The notes: a model not told the origin generated them from the letters alone. A stretch of 64,000 bases of DNA from Candidatus Micrarchaeota archaeon (GCA_020854825.1 JAHKLY010000001.1:186844-250843), one strand, 5' to 3'; counted from the stretch's first letter, positions 8,449-17,559 are shown. A program made the numbers and translations.

Positions 8449-8564
8449 TTTTTTCACTTCTCATTTTCAACCCAGTTAAAACTAGGCGCATTAATTGATT
8501 TATATATGGATAGAAAGGTTTTAAATTAGTTTGCTTAGTCTAAATTTTTTAAAATACAAAAATA

Positions 8565-9383
8565 TTAAACAAATAAATTGTACAAAGTGTATACTCCCAA
8601 TATTACTGTTATTATGCCTATTATTTTAACCAGCATTTGTTTATCCATTTTTTTAACAGTAATTGCACAAAATGGAACACTTGCTAATGCACCAATAGTT
8701 AGATACGGAGTTAAAGTCCAATCAATAACAGTTCCTAGAATAAAAAACATTATTATCCCCACTAAACATGTAACTGATTCTGCTAATGAAGTTATCCCAA
8801 TTGCACTTTTACTATCTACTCCTGTTAAAACCTGGCCACTTACCATAACTGGGCCATATCCTCCGCCTGACATTCCCTTATTAAATGCAGCTAAAATTCC
8901 TAACCCAGTAACTCGTTTCCAAGTAAATTTATGTTCTTTTTTCCTTCTCCACAAAATAATTAAGCCCATAGTGAGTACTAAAATACCGATATATAATTTA
9001 AGATAGAATTTAGGCATATTTACAGAAATTAAAACTGCAATTACAGCACCAACAACGCTACATGCAGCTAGTATCATAAATATTTTTGATGCTTGTGATT
9101 TAGGCAAGTATCCTAATTTTCCTAATTTCTTTACCATCTCATGTTCAGAATCATTTTTGAAATCAAAATGAACATTTCCAAATTCATGGTGTACAAATGC
9201 AGCAGCCATACCTGTTATAAATTCAGAAACTAAAATCGCAGGAACTATTTGTAATGGTTCAAAACCCATACCAAGTAGTAATGGAGTTAATGTTGTTCCA
9301 TACCCCATTCCGAATGTTGAGTCTATATATTCACAAATAAATGCAATTGTAAATATTCCAATACCAAACCATAATTCCATCAT
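8565..9383 (-). CDS. TauE/SafE-family anion (sulfite/sulfonate-type) permease
   Basis: Polytopic membrane protein. The N-terminal ICEYIDSTFGMGYGTTLTPLLL and the internal duplication pattern are typical of the TauE/SafE (DUF81) family. Confidence 0.65.
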   Translation of the reverse strand: MMELWFGIGIFTIAFICEYIDSTFGMGYGTTLTPLLLGMGFEPLQIVPAILVSEFITGMAAAFVHHEFGNVHFDFKNDSEHEMVKKLGKLGYLPKSQASKIFMILAACSVVGAVIAVLISVNMPKFYLKLYIGILVLTMGLIILWRRKKEHKFTWKRVTGLGILAAFNKGMSGGGYGPVMVSGQVLTGVDSKSAIGITSLAESVTCLVGIIMFFILGTVIDWTLTPYLTIGALASVPFCAITVKKMDKQMLVKIIGIITVILGVYTLYNLFV

Positions 9384-9473
9384 ATTTAATCTTTCCTATT
9401 TTTATTTAAATATCAGCCAATACACTACCAATAAAATACCAACATATTTAAAACTTGTGTCAATATAGTATAT

Positions 9474-9650
9474 ATGGAAAAATATGATAAGAATTTAATA
9501 GCAATAGAAGAATCAAGCGTTACTATAAAAGGGTACAGACATCGTACAACAATACCAAGTCGAATATTTAATTTCTTAGATTTAGATGATAAAGACAAAT
9601 TAAGATGGATTTTATTAAAAGATGGGACAATAATTATTAAAAAAATTTAA
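9474..9650 (+). CDS. AbrB/MazE/SpoVT-type DNA-binding protein, 58 aa
   Basis: Not in the ORF track. MEKYDKNLIAIEESSVTIKGYRHRTTIPSRIFNFLDLDDKDKLRWILLKDGTIIIKKI fits the swapped-hairpin pattern (...R..IP..i...l.l...d.l.......g.i.i). Confidence 0.6.
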   Translation: MEKYDKNLIAIEESSVTIKGYRHRTTIPSRIFNFLDLDDKDKLRWILLKDGTIIIKKI

Positions 9651-9660
9651 AGTAATCATT

Positions 9661-10371
9661 TTATTTTTCTTTGAATTCTTTAATCAATTTATATATTTCT
9701 ACTGGTTTTATGAATCCTAACTCTTTATTTATATTTAATGACCAAAATCCATGATCAGAATGATCTCCAAATCTACCAATTGCTTCCATTCCATGGTCTG
9801 ATAATATTAGTAGAATATCTGCTTTTTCTTCTGCTATTTTTGCAATTTCTTCCATTTCCTTGTATAGTATTTTCATTTTAGTTTCTAAACCAAAACTTAT
9901 ATGTCCCACCACATCTATTAAACCAAAATATCCCATTACAATTTCATAATCTCCATTTAATGCTTTTAGAAATTGTTCTTTATTTTGTTTATGATGTTCA
10001 AAAAGAGGTTTGTCAAATTCATCAACATCTATTTCTTTATTAAAGAATTTTTTTAATTGTTCTCTTTCTAATTCATGATATTTTATATCTTGTGTAAAAC
10101 CTGGAACATCTATTGCTAAATATTTATTAAACATTGAGAAAAATGTTTCTTCTGTTTTAAGTTTAAAATTCCACATTTCTTTATCTCCAATTTTTAATAT
10201 CTCTTCTTCTTTATTTTTCCCAGATAATATTGAGGACCACAAAACCATTGTTCTGGGTTCTGAATAGTCACTTAAATTTGTTTTTCCATATTTTAATTGT
10301 TTTAATTCTTTCATATCCCACTTTTCTACTAAATCATATTCTAATGCATCTATTGCTAAAATAACAATCAT
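9661..10371 (-). CDS. Alkaline-phosphatase-superfamily metalloenzyme (type I phosphodiesterase / nucleotide pyrophosphatase-like)
   Basis: Metal-ligand and nucleophile motifs appear in the expected order: AIDALEYD, EPRTMVLWSSILSG, IDVVGH, LSDHGM. The start abuts the cysN stop (10372). Confidence 0.6.
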   Translation of the reverse strand: MIVILAIDALEYDLVEKWDMKELKQLKYGKTNLSDYSEPRTMVLWSSILSGKNKEEEILKIGDKEMWNFKLKTEETFFSMFNKYLAIDVPGFTQDIKYHELEREQLKKFFNKEIDVDEFDKPLFEHHKQNKEQFLKALNGDYEIVMGYFGLIDVVGHISFGLETKMKILYKEMEEIAKIAEEKADILLILSDHGMEAIGRFGDHSDHGFWSLNINKELGFIKPVEIYKLIKEFKEK

Positions 10372-11616
10372 TTAATCACCATAAATATTTGTCAATATTC
10401 CACCTGCACAAATATCTTCGTTTTGAATTAAAACGAATCTCCCCAATTCTGGAGTAATATTAAAATCTTCAACTACTATGGGTTTATCTAATTTACATAT
10501 GATTTTAGCAACTTCTGTGTTTTCTATTTGTGTTTCGTCATTTCCAATACTTTCTAAAGATGAAGAATTCATTTTAGTTATAATTTTTTCTAATATGCAT
10601 TCTACTTCTTGTGTTGCTAATTTTAAAAAAATTCTTTCTCCTTTTTTGAAAGGTGTTTTACTCATCCAAAAAATATTGCCTTGTAATGTGTTAATAATTT
10701 TAGGTAAGTTTTCTCCTTTTTTACATATTACAGAACCTCTTTCAGTGAATATTGGTTCTGTTGTTGTTATACCTATACTTATCCCTGCTTCTACTACATC
10801 TCTTTGTCTATTAAATTCTTCAATTGATTTAACAATTGTTTCTGTATATTCAGGTAAAAGTATTATTTCATCATTTTTCTTAATTTTTCCAGATTCAATT
10901 CTACCTGCTAATATTCTTCTTTCATCAAATTTATATACGTCTTGAATTGGTAATCTTAGTGCTTTTTCTTCCATAATATCTGTGTCTTTAAAGGTATCTA
11001 ATGCTTCTAAAACTGTTAACCCTTCATACCAACCAATATTTTTACTTTTATTTGCAATATTATCTCCTTCCATTGCAGATATAGGAATAATAAAAGAAGG
11101 ATAAATATTTAATCTAGATAAAAATGATACTATCTCCTTTTTAATTTCTTCAAATTTTTCTTTTTTATATTCTACTAAATCCATTTTGTTTATTACAACA
11201 ATTACTTGTTTTAATCCTAAAAGTCCTAAAATATATGAATGTCTTTTAGTTTGTTCTTGAACTCCTTCTTTTGCATCTACAATAAGAATTGCTGATTCAG
11301 CTAAACTCGCACCAGTTATCATATTTTTCAAAAATTCTTTATGGCCTGGAGCATCAATAATAACATATTCTTTTTTTTGTGTTTTAAAAAATATTTGTGT
11401 TGTATCTATAGTTATATTTTGTTCTCTCTCTTCCTGTAGATGGTCAAGAAGATAAGCAAATTCTAAGGGCTTCCCCATCATTTCACAAGTTTTTTTAAGT
11501 TCATCCATTTTTCCTTCCGGAAGCGAGTTTGTGTCATAAAGTAATCTTCCGATAAGCGTTGACTTGCCATGATCCACATGGCCGACAATTACAAAATTAA
11601 ATTGTTCTTTACCCAT
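10372..11616 (-). CDS. cysN: Sulfate adenylyltransferase subunit 1-like GTPase (CysN/EF-1alpha family)
   Basis: G1 is [25 protein letters not shown] is CysN-like. G3 is DAPGH and G4 is NKMD. Lies in an operon with cysD. ATG 11616 follows GAGGTGA, 1 nt after the HIT stop. Confidence 0.8.
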   Translation of the reverse strand: MGKEQFNFVIVGHVDHGKSTLIGRLLYDTNSLPEGKMDELKKTCEMMGKPLEFAYLLDHLQEEREQNITIDTTQIFFKTQKKEYVIIDAPGHKEFLKNMITGASLAESAILIVDAKEGVQEQTKRHSYILGLLGLKQVIVVINKMDLVEYKKEKFEEIKKEIVSFLSRLNIYPSFIIPISAMEGDNIANKSKNIGWYEGLTVLEALDTFKDTDIMEEKALRLPIQDVYKFDERRILAGRIESGKIKKNDEIILLPEYTETIVKSIEEFNRQRDVVEAGISIGITTTEPIFTERGSVICKKGENLPKIINTLQGNIFWMSKTPFKKGERIFLKLATQEVECILEKIITKMNSSSLESIGNDETQIENTEVAKIICKLDKPIVVEDFNITPELGRFVLIQNEDICAGGILTNIYGD

Positions 11617-11617
11617 C

Positions 11618-12064
11618 TCATTCACCTCTAATTTTATTCGCAATGCTTTGCAGTTCTATTCCACTTGGCTTTAATCTTTCAAAATCAGAACTCCTGTCCA
11701 AAACCACTTTTGACTTTTCCCCGTCCCATAACCTATCCCCCTCTTTTCTTGGGATTATGTGGACATGAAAATGGTCAATGCTTTGGGAAGCCCATTTTCC
11801 ACTAGAGTTTGCTATAGTTATATCACAATCCAGTTTTTCTTTTAATTTTTTTGAAATATCCCTTTGTAGCAACCCCAAATCTTTAGCTTCGTCATCATTT
11901 AATTCCATAAATGTGCTCACATGCCTTTTTGAGCATATTATGGTGTGGCCTTCAGTTATTGGATTTGCGTCCAAAAAAACCAAGAAATGTGTTGATTCAG
12001 ATATTATCTCTGGTTTTATGTTTCCGCTTACTATTCTACAAAAAACACAGTCCATGATGCCCAC
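11618..12064 (-). CDS. HIT-family (histidine triad) nucleotide hydrolase/transferase
   Basis: [10 protein letters not shown]-terminal motif and histidine triad DHFHVHIIP. An alternative ATG start lies at 12055. Confidence 0.85.
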   Translation of the reverse strand: MGIMDCVFCRIVSGNIKPEIISESTHFLVFLDANPITEGHTIICSKRHVSTFMELNDDEAKDLGLLQRDISKKLKEKLDCDITIANSSGKWASQSIDHFHVHIIPRKEGDRLWDGEKSKVVLDRSSDFERLKPSGIELQSIANKIRGE

Positions 12065-12862
12065 CTACATATACCCGAGCATCCTAAGCTTCTGCATCAT
12101 GTAAGCCTGCTCCTTGTCCTGCGCTCTGCCTGACCGTTCGGCAGTGTTCGTTGTCTCAAGCTCATGTATTATCTTGTCAATCGTGTCCGCATCTGAATCA
12201 ATTGGGTTGCAGCAGGTATGGCACCCAATTGACCTGTATCTTTTTCCATTTTTTGCAAAATATAAATCCGTCATTGGAATATTTTCTCTTTTTATATATT
12301 TCCAAATATCAATTTCTCTCCAATGTAACATTGGATGTACTCGTAAATGTATTTCTTCCTTTGCCTTAGTTTTATATTGATCCCATAGCTCAGGAGGTTG
12401 ATTTTTATAATCCCATTTAAAATTAGTGTCTCTTGGTGAAAAAACTCTTTCTTTTGCCCTTATTCCATGTTCGTCTCTCCTAATTCCCAGCAAGAGTGCT
12501 TTAAATTTTTTTTCATCTATAAAATTTTTCAATGCAATTGTTTTAAGTTGAGTACAGCATTCTAGTTTACTTATGGGCCCCATTCCTTTATCCAACGCTT
12601 TTTGATTTTTAGCGATTAGCAAGTTTAAATCCCATTCTTTTGCATAATTTTCTCTAAATTCATAAATTTCTTTGAATTTATATCCAGTATCTATATGGAC
12701 TACTGGAAAAGGTACATGCCCAAAAAATGTTTTTCTACATAACCATAATAAGGTAGTAGAATCTTTACCTATTGACCACAGCATAGCTATATTTTTGTAT
12801 TGCTTGTACGCTTCTCTAATAATATAAATACTTCTTGATTCTAATTCATCCAAATGCTCCAT
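12065..12862 (-). CDS. cysD: Sulfate adenylyltransferase subunit 2 (CysD, PAPS-reductase/ATP-PPase fold)
   Basis: LDELESRSIYIIREAYKQYKNIAMLWSIGKDSTTLLWL carries the SxGKDS PP-loop and matches the CysD N-terminus. Lies adjacent to the CysN-like GTPase. Confidence 0.85.
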   Translation of the reverse strand: MEHLDELESRSIYIIREAYKQYKNIAMLWSIGKDSTTLLWLCRKTFFGHVPFPVVHIDTGYKFKEIYEFRENYAKEWDLNLLIAKNQKALDKGMGPISKLECCTQLKTIALKNFIDEKKFKALLLGIRRDEHGIRAKERVFSPRDTNFKWDYKNQPPELWDQYKTKAKEEIHLRVHPMLHWREIDIWKYIKRENIPMTDLYFAKNGKRYRSIGCHTCCNPIDSDADTIDKIIHELETTNTAERSGRAQDKEQAYMMQKLRMLGYM

Positions 12863-12873
12863 TTAATCACCAA

Positions 12874-13110
12874 TTAATCCATATACCCTAGTGCCTTTAA
12901 TCTATTTTTTATTTTTTCTTCATCTTCTTCATTAAAAGCCTCAGGCATTTCTTCTTTCTCATCTTTATTTTTTTCAGCTATTATTTCTCTCAGAATATAA
13001 ATAACGTATGAACTCACAGATGTAAAACCAGTTCCTTTAATTCTTTGCTCTACTTTTTTAAAAAGAGGAGTAGGTATTGATATTGTTGTGTGTTTTTTAG
13101 TTTCTGACAT
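12874..13110 (-). CDS. Ribbon-helix-helix (CopG-family) regulator, first gene of the cys-like operon
   Basis: TTISIPTPLFKKVEQRIKGTGFTSVSSYVIYILREII is an RHH fold pattern. An acidic linker follows, then a C-terminal RLKALGYMD tail. Confidence 0.6.
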   Translation of the reverse strand: MSETKKHTTISIPTPLFKKVEQRIKGTGFTSVSSYVIYILREIIAEKNKDEKEEMPEAFNEEDEEKIKNRLKALGYMD

Positions 13111-13126
13111 CTAATCATCTCCAAAA

Positions 13127-13159
13127 TTATAAGTCGTAATTAAATATAATTACTTATAA
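13127..13159. promoter_or_regulatory. Imperfect 33-bp palindrome upstream of the RHH gene (candidate operator/promoter)
   Basis: TTATAAGT (13127-13134) and ACTTATAA (13152-13159) are perfect inverted repeats. Nested GTAATT/AATTAC pairs lie at 13136-13141 and 13148-13153. The element lies 17-49 bp upstream of the start at 13110. Confidence 0.35.
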
Positions 13160-13236
13160 AAAGTATATACTTAATATTTATAATAGTTTTTATTTTTAAA
13201 TATATACAAAAACCTTAAAAATGTAAAACCACTTAT

Positions 13237-13935
13237 TTGTTTGTGTATTTAGAAAAGCAAGGAGATTTAGCAATTATTAAAGATATAAATCCACTATATT
13301 TTAGATTATATAATCTACTGCCAAATGGTAAATATGTTATTGAAGAAGCAGAAAAATTAAATTTAAGATTAGGAATTAATAATGTATTTTTTGAATATTA
13401 TAAACCATTAAATAAATTTACAATAACTGGAAGAGTTATTTATAGAGGAAAAGTTATAGAACCAGTACCTTTAGTTAAAGATTGGGCATATACATTTTTT
13501 ATATTAAATAATAAAGATATAAAACTGAGAAAATATAATGAAATTATTCCAAGAAGACGATCACAAATACATTTAGCAATAGAAGCAGGACCTAGATTGA
13601 TAGTTGATGAGAATATAACTGAAGGGTTAAATAATACATTCCGTTCTTCAAAAATTTGTATTGGTTGGGATAAAAATCAAAGAATTATGGTAGCAGCAAC
13701 AGAAGGAAAAGTTAGTTTAAATGAATTTGCAGAACAAATCCAAGATCAAGGTTTTATATATGCCTTAAATTTGGATGGTGGTGGATCAACATCTTTATAT
13801 TATAATGAAAATGGTGTAAAGTTAAGAATAATTGGAAAATCTTCTTATGGATATGATAAAATAAAATTTGAACAGAACGAATATGGTAGAAAAGTCCCGT
13901 ATATGGTAGGTATTCCAAAATTTATAGATAAGTAA
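13237..13935 (+). CDS. Phosphodiester glycosidase (NAGPA/DUF2233-like) family protein
   Basis: HLAIEAGPRLIVD...ICIGWDKNQRIMVAATEGKVSLNEFAEQIQDQGFIYALNLDGGGSTSLY matches the NAGPA-domain core (R.a.G......l.........G.t...la.....lG...AlNLDGGGS). Confidence 0.6.
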   Translation: MFVYLEKQGDLAIIKDINPLYFRLYNLLPNGKYVIEEAEKLNLRLGINNVFFEYYKPLNKFTITGRVIYRGKVIEPVPLVKDWAYTFFILNNKDIKLRKYNEIIPRRRSQIHLAIEAGPRLIVDENITEGLNNTFRSSKICIGWDKNQRIMVAATEGKVSLNEFAEQIQDQGFIYALNLDGGGSTSLYYNENGVKLRIIGKSSYGYDKIKFEQNEYGRKVPYMVGIPKFIDK

Positions 13936-13974
13936 TTACGTTATATTTATAAATCTCATTCTAATAACCAATTT

Positions 13975-14901
13975 ATGAATAAAAAATCATCTAAAATATG
14001 TAAAGATATTAAATCACTTAAAATACAAGGAGCACATAGAGTTGCAAGAGAAGGTTTTAAGGCTTTCATAATTGAAATGACTTCTTTTAAAAATTCAAAT
14101 CAAAAAACATTTCAAAAACATGCTAAAACAACAGCATATATTATAACAAATCTTAGAGCAACTTCTCCAATGCTTGATAATTATTTAGAAGACGCATTAG
14201 ATTCAATAAATTATTTAATAAAAAAGAAAAAACCAATTCATGTGATCCAAAATTATTTAAATATACGATTAGAAGAAGTATTAGATGAATTAAAAAATAA
14301 CAGGAATAAATTAGTGGTTTTTGGATCTGATTTAGTTGAAAATGGGGATATAATTTTAACTCATTGTCATTCTACTTCTGTAATAAATTCATTAATTTTA
14401 GCTAAAAAACAAGGAAAAAAATTTAAAGTATATAATACTGAATCAAGGCCAAAGTATCAAGGACATGACACTGCAAAAGAATTAGCACATATTAAAATAG
14501 ATATTACTATGAGTGTAGATTCAAATATTGGAAATATAATCGAAAAAGTAAATAAAATATTTATAGGTGCAGACGCAGTAGATAAAAATGGAAATTTAGC
14601 AAATAAAATTGGAAGTAAAACAATAGCAGAATTAGCAAAAAACAGAAAGAAAGTGAGTATTTATTCATTTACAGAATTGTATAAATATGATAAAAGAAAA
14701 AAAATAGAAATAGAGCAAAGAGATCCAAAAGAAGTTGCTGATCCAAAAGAATTCAAAGGAGTTAAAATATTAAATCCTGCTTTTGATATTATTCAACATT
14801 CATATTTAAATGGAATAGTTACAGAAATAGGATTATTAACACCAAAACAGTTTGTACAAAAAGCACAAAATAAAATAAGATTAAAACCTTCAATTATTTA
14901 A
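13975..14901 (+). CDS. Ribose-1,5-bisphosphate isomerase (eIF-2B alpha/beta/delta-like, e2b2 family)
   Basis: ILTHCHSTSVINSL...VYNTESRPKYQGHDTAKEL...IFIGADAVDKNGNLANKIGS is the eIF-2B-related isomerase core. Lies immediately upstream of the AMP phosphorylase gene. Confidence 0.8.
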   Translation: MNKKSSKICKDIKSLKIQGAHRVAREGFKAFIIEMTSFKNSNQKTFQKHAKTTAYIITNLRATSPMLDNYLEDALDSINYLIKKKKPIHVIQNYLNIRLEEVLDELKNNRNKLVVFGSDLVENGDIILTHCHSTSVINSLILAKKQGKKFKVYNTESRPKYQGHDTAKELAHIKIDITMSVDSNIGNIIEKVNKIFIGADAVDKNGNLANKIGSKTIAELAKNRKKVSIYSFTELYKYDKRKKIEIEQRDPKEVADPKEFKGVKILNPAFDIIQHSYLNGIVTEIGLLTPKQFVQKAQNKIRLKPSII

Positions 14902-14911
14902 GGTGATATAA

Positions 14912-16522
14912 ATGGGAAATAGATCAAAATTAAAACCTAAAAAAATATCTAAAAAAGAGGAGATGACCGATAATCATAAAAAAAATGGATATTCAAAATT
15001 ATTAGGAATTAAAGGATTATCTGCTAAAGCAAAAATTTTTGATATTTTAGCAGGAGGAAAAATTGCATTTCTAAATACCCAAGAGGCAATGGAAAATGAT
15101 ATTTATCCTGCATACAGAGGAGTTTTGAAAAAAGGAAATAAAGAATTGGTAGTGATGTTTGATTTAACAGAAAATTTAGTTAAAAAAGGAGAAATTGGAT
15201 TATTTGCAGAAGTTGAAAAAGAATTAAAAGCAAAAGAAGGGGAGCAGATAATTATTAAACATTTAGAAAGACCTGCCTCTATTGATTATATTAGAAAAAA
15301 ATTAGATGGTAAATTTTTAGAAGATAAAGAAATGAATGTTATTATAAAAGATTTAATGGATAATCGGTTAAGTCAAGTTGAACTAGCGGCATTTGTAAGT
15401 GCGATGTATATTAGAGGAGTTAATTATGAGGAGACTGTTTCATTAGCAAATAGTATTGTAAATTCAGGAGATACATTAAATTTACACAAAAAACCAATTT
15501 TAGACAAACATTGTGTTGGGGGAGTTGCGGGAAATAGAACAACAATGATTGTTGTACCAATAATTGCAGCAGCAGGATGTTATATCCCAAAGTCTTCTTC
15601 AAGGGCGATAACAAGTGCAGCAGGAACAGCAGATACAATGGAAGTTTTAGCACCTGTGGATATTCAGATGGATGAATTGAAAAGAATAGTACTTAAAACA
15701 AAAGGGGCTATTGTTTGGGGAGGGGGAATGAATTTAGCAGCAGCTGACGACAAATTAATTAAAATACGGCATCCTTTGAGTTTGGATCCAAAAGGAGTAG
15801 TGCTTGCAAGTGTTTTATCTAAGAAAAAAGCAGTTAATGCCACTCACGTAATAATAGATATCCCCATTGGAAGAGGTGCAAAATTCCAAGACATGGATGT
15901 AGCAAAAGATTTGGCAAATGATTTTATAAATATAGGAAAAAAATTAGGTATGAAGATAGAAGCAGTAATAACTGATGGTAGTGATCCGATAGGGAATGGT
16001 ATTGGTCCTGCATTAGAATGTAAAGATGTATTAGAAGTATTAGAGGGAAAAGGACCTTATGATTTAAGAGAAAAATCTTGTGCATTGGCTGGAGGATTAT
16101 TAGAATTAGCAGGTAAAGCACCAAAAGGAAGAGGAATGGCAATTGCTGAGGATTTAATAAATAATGAAAAAGCATTAAAGAAGTTTAGGGAGATAATAGG
16201 AGAACAAGGAGGAAACCCAAGAATTAAAATAGATGAATTACCTATTGGTGAATATATATATCAAGTAAAAGCAGAAAAATCTGGAAGAATAGGGCATGTT
16301 GATAGTAAAATTTTATCAAAAATAGCAAGAGCTGCAGGTTCTCCAAAAGATATAGGTGCAGGCATAGTTTTACATCGTGAGGCAGGAGACAAAGTTAGAA
16401 AAGGAGAAGTGATATTAAGTGTTTATTCTGAAAGTGAAACAAAAATAGAATTTGCGATTAAAGCATTAGAAGCATTGAATCCAATAGAATTAGAGCAATA
16501 TCTACTTAAGAGTGTTAGATAG
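14912..16522 (+). CDS. deoA: AMP phosphorylase (thymidine-phosphorylase family with N-terminal extension)
   Basis: Length is about 536 aa with an N-terminal extra domain. Core motifs are DKHCVGGVAGNRTTMIVVPIIAAAG and SSRAITSAAGTADTMEVLA. Paired with the R15P isomerase gene. Confidence 0.85.
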   Translation: MGNRSKLKPKKISKKEEMTDNHKKNGYSKLLGIKGLSAKAKIFDILAGGKIAFLNTQEAMENDIYPAYRGVLKKGNKELVVMFDLTENLVKKGEIGLFAEVEKELKAKEGEQIIIKHLERPASIDYIRKKLDGKFLEDKEMNVIIKDLMDNRLSQVELAAFVSAMYIRGVNYEETVSLANSIVNSGDTLNLHKKPILDKHCVGGVAGNRTTMIVVPIIAAAGCYIPKSSSRAITSAAGTADTMEVLAPVDIQMDELKRIVLKTKGAIVWGGGMNLAAADDKLIKIRHPLSLDPKGVVLASVLSKKKAVNATHVIIDIPIGRGAKFQDMDVAKDLANDFINIGKKLGMKIEAVITDGSDPIGNGIGPALECKDVLEVLEGKGPYDLREKSCALAGGLLELAGKAPKGRGMAIAEDLINNEKALKKFREIIGEQGGNPRIKIDELPIGEYIYQVKAEKSGRIGHVDSKILSKIARAAGSPKDIGAGIVLHREAGDKVRKGEVILSVYSESETKIEFAIKALEALNPIELEQYLLKSVR

Positions 16523-16553
16523 TAATAAAAAGGTCGACAGTCTAATAAATATA

Positions 16554-17264
16554 ATGGAATTATTATCAAATAATAACTTAAAAATATTATTCTGTTTCAT
16601 TTTATTATTTTCATCAATTTATGCAATAGATGATATATTCACTAAAGAATTTTATTCAAAAGGAACAGAGATGATATATTCCACCACAAGGATTGTAGAA
16701 CAAAATCCATATTGTCTTATGGGGTTAATGGGTTACTGTAATCTTGAAGAAGTAAAGGTAGTTCAATATATTAGGAATCAAAAATTATATCTGCCCTTTC
16801 CAAAAGAAGCATTAGAAATAAAAAGGGGAATTGGTCAATATAGTTTATATAGTTATGAAGATTATGTATTAATGAACTATTTGTCTGATGCAGATTTAAA
16901 ATCAAGTAAAGATATGAATTCAATTGAGGAGATTTATTTAAAAACAATAGAAGTATCTTATAAAGAACATTTAAACTGTAAAGAATCTGCTTCTTTATTT
17001 AAAATATTGTATCTAAACTCACAATTAATAAATCACAAACAGAACTATACTCTTTTAAAGATTTACACATATGATAATGTATATACTGCTCATAGATTTA
17101 ATGCTCTAAAAAATGAGAATGGGTATTATATCTTAGATCCTTTGTCTTGTACTGTTGGATCATTTGAATATTGCGTATATTCACATACAAGGAGATTCTA
17201 TGATGATCCAAGTTCAATCTTGTACAGGGGAAAGGTATACAGGGTAGAAGAATATATAAGGTGA
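16554..17264 (+). CDS. Hypothetical secreted/membrane-anchored protein
   Basis: Start taken at ATG 16554 (MELLSNNNLKILFCFILLFSSIYA is signal-like). No family recognised. A Cys...His...Asp arrangement (CLMGLMGYC ... YTAHRF ... YYILDP) faintly recalls transglutaminase-like folds. Confidence 0.45.
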   Translation: MELLSNNNLKILFCFILLFSSIYAIDDIFTKEFYSKGTEMIYSTTRIVEQNPYCLMGLMGYCNLEEVKVVQYIRNQKLYLPFPKEALEIKRGIGQYSLYSYEDYVLMNYLSDADLKSSKDMNSIEEIYLKTIEVSYKEHLNCKESASLFKILYLNSQLINHKQNYTLLKIYTYDNVYTAHRFNALKNENGYYILDPLSCTVGSFEYCVYSHTRRFYDDPSSILYRGKVYRVEEYIR

Positions 17265-17271
17265 TTTATTT

Positions 17272-17559
17272 ATGACAAAAATGAAAGATTTATCCCCAGG
17301 TTCTAATGCAACTTTGGAAGGAGAAATAATTGAAAAAGAAGAAGCAAGAGAAGTTATTACTAAATTTGGTAAAAAAACAAGAGTAGCCAGCGCTAAATTA
17401 AAATGTGAAGATGGAGAGATAAAAATGACTCTTTGGGAAGACGACGTAGACAAAGTTAAAGAAGGAGATAAAATAAAAATTGAAGATGGATGGGTAACAG
17501 AATTTAGAGGAGAATTACAAATTTCAACTGGAAAAAATGGTAAAATTTCAGTTAAATAA
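17272..17559 (+). CDS. Small OB-fold nucleic-acid-binding (SSB/RPA-like) protein
   Basis: 95 aa. ATLEGEIIEKEEAREVITKFGKKTRVASAKLKCEDGEIKMTLWEDDVDKVKEGDKIKIEDGWVTEFRGELQISTGKNGKI fits the single OB-fold pattern of short archaeal SSBs. Confidence 0.65.
   Translation: MTKMKDLSPGSNATLEGEIIEKEEAREVITKFGKKTRVASAKLKCEDGEIKMTLWEDDVDKVKEGDKIKIEDGWVTEFRGELQISTGKNGKISVK

Noticed and set aside
12114-12380. Two overlapping + strand ORFs (88 and 72 aa) inside the GC-rich patch
   Set aside because: They are antisense to the conserved CysD C-terminal region. They are kept open by the locally high GC content and show no motifs or start signals.
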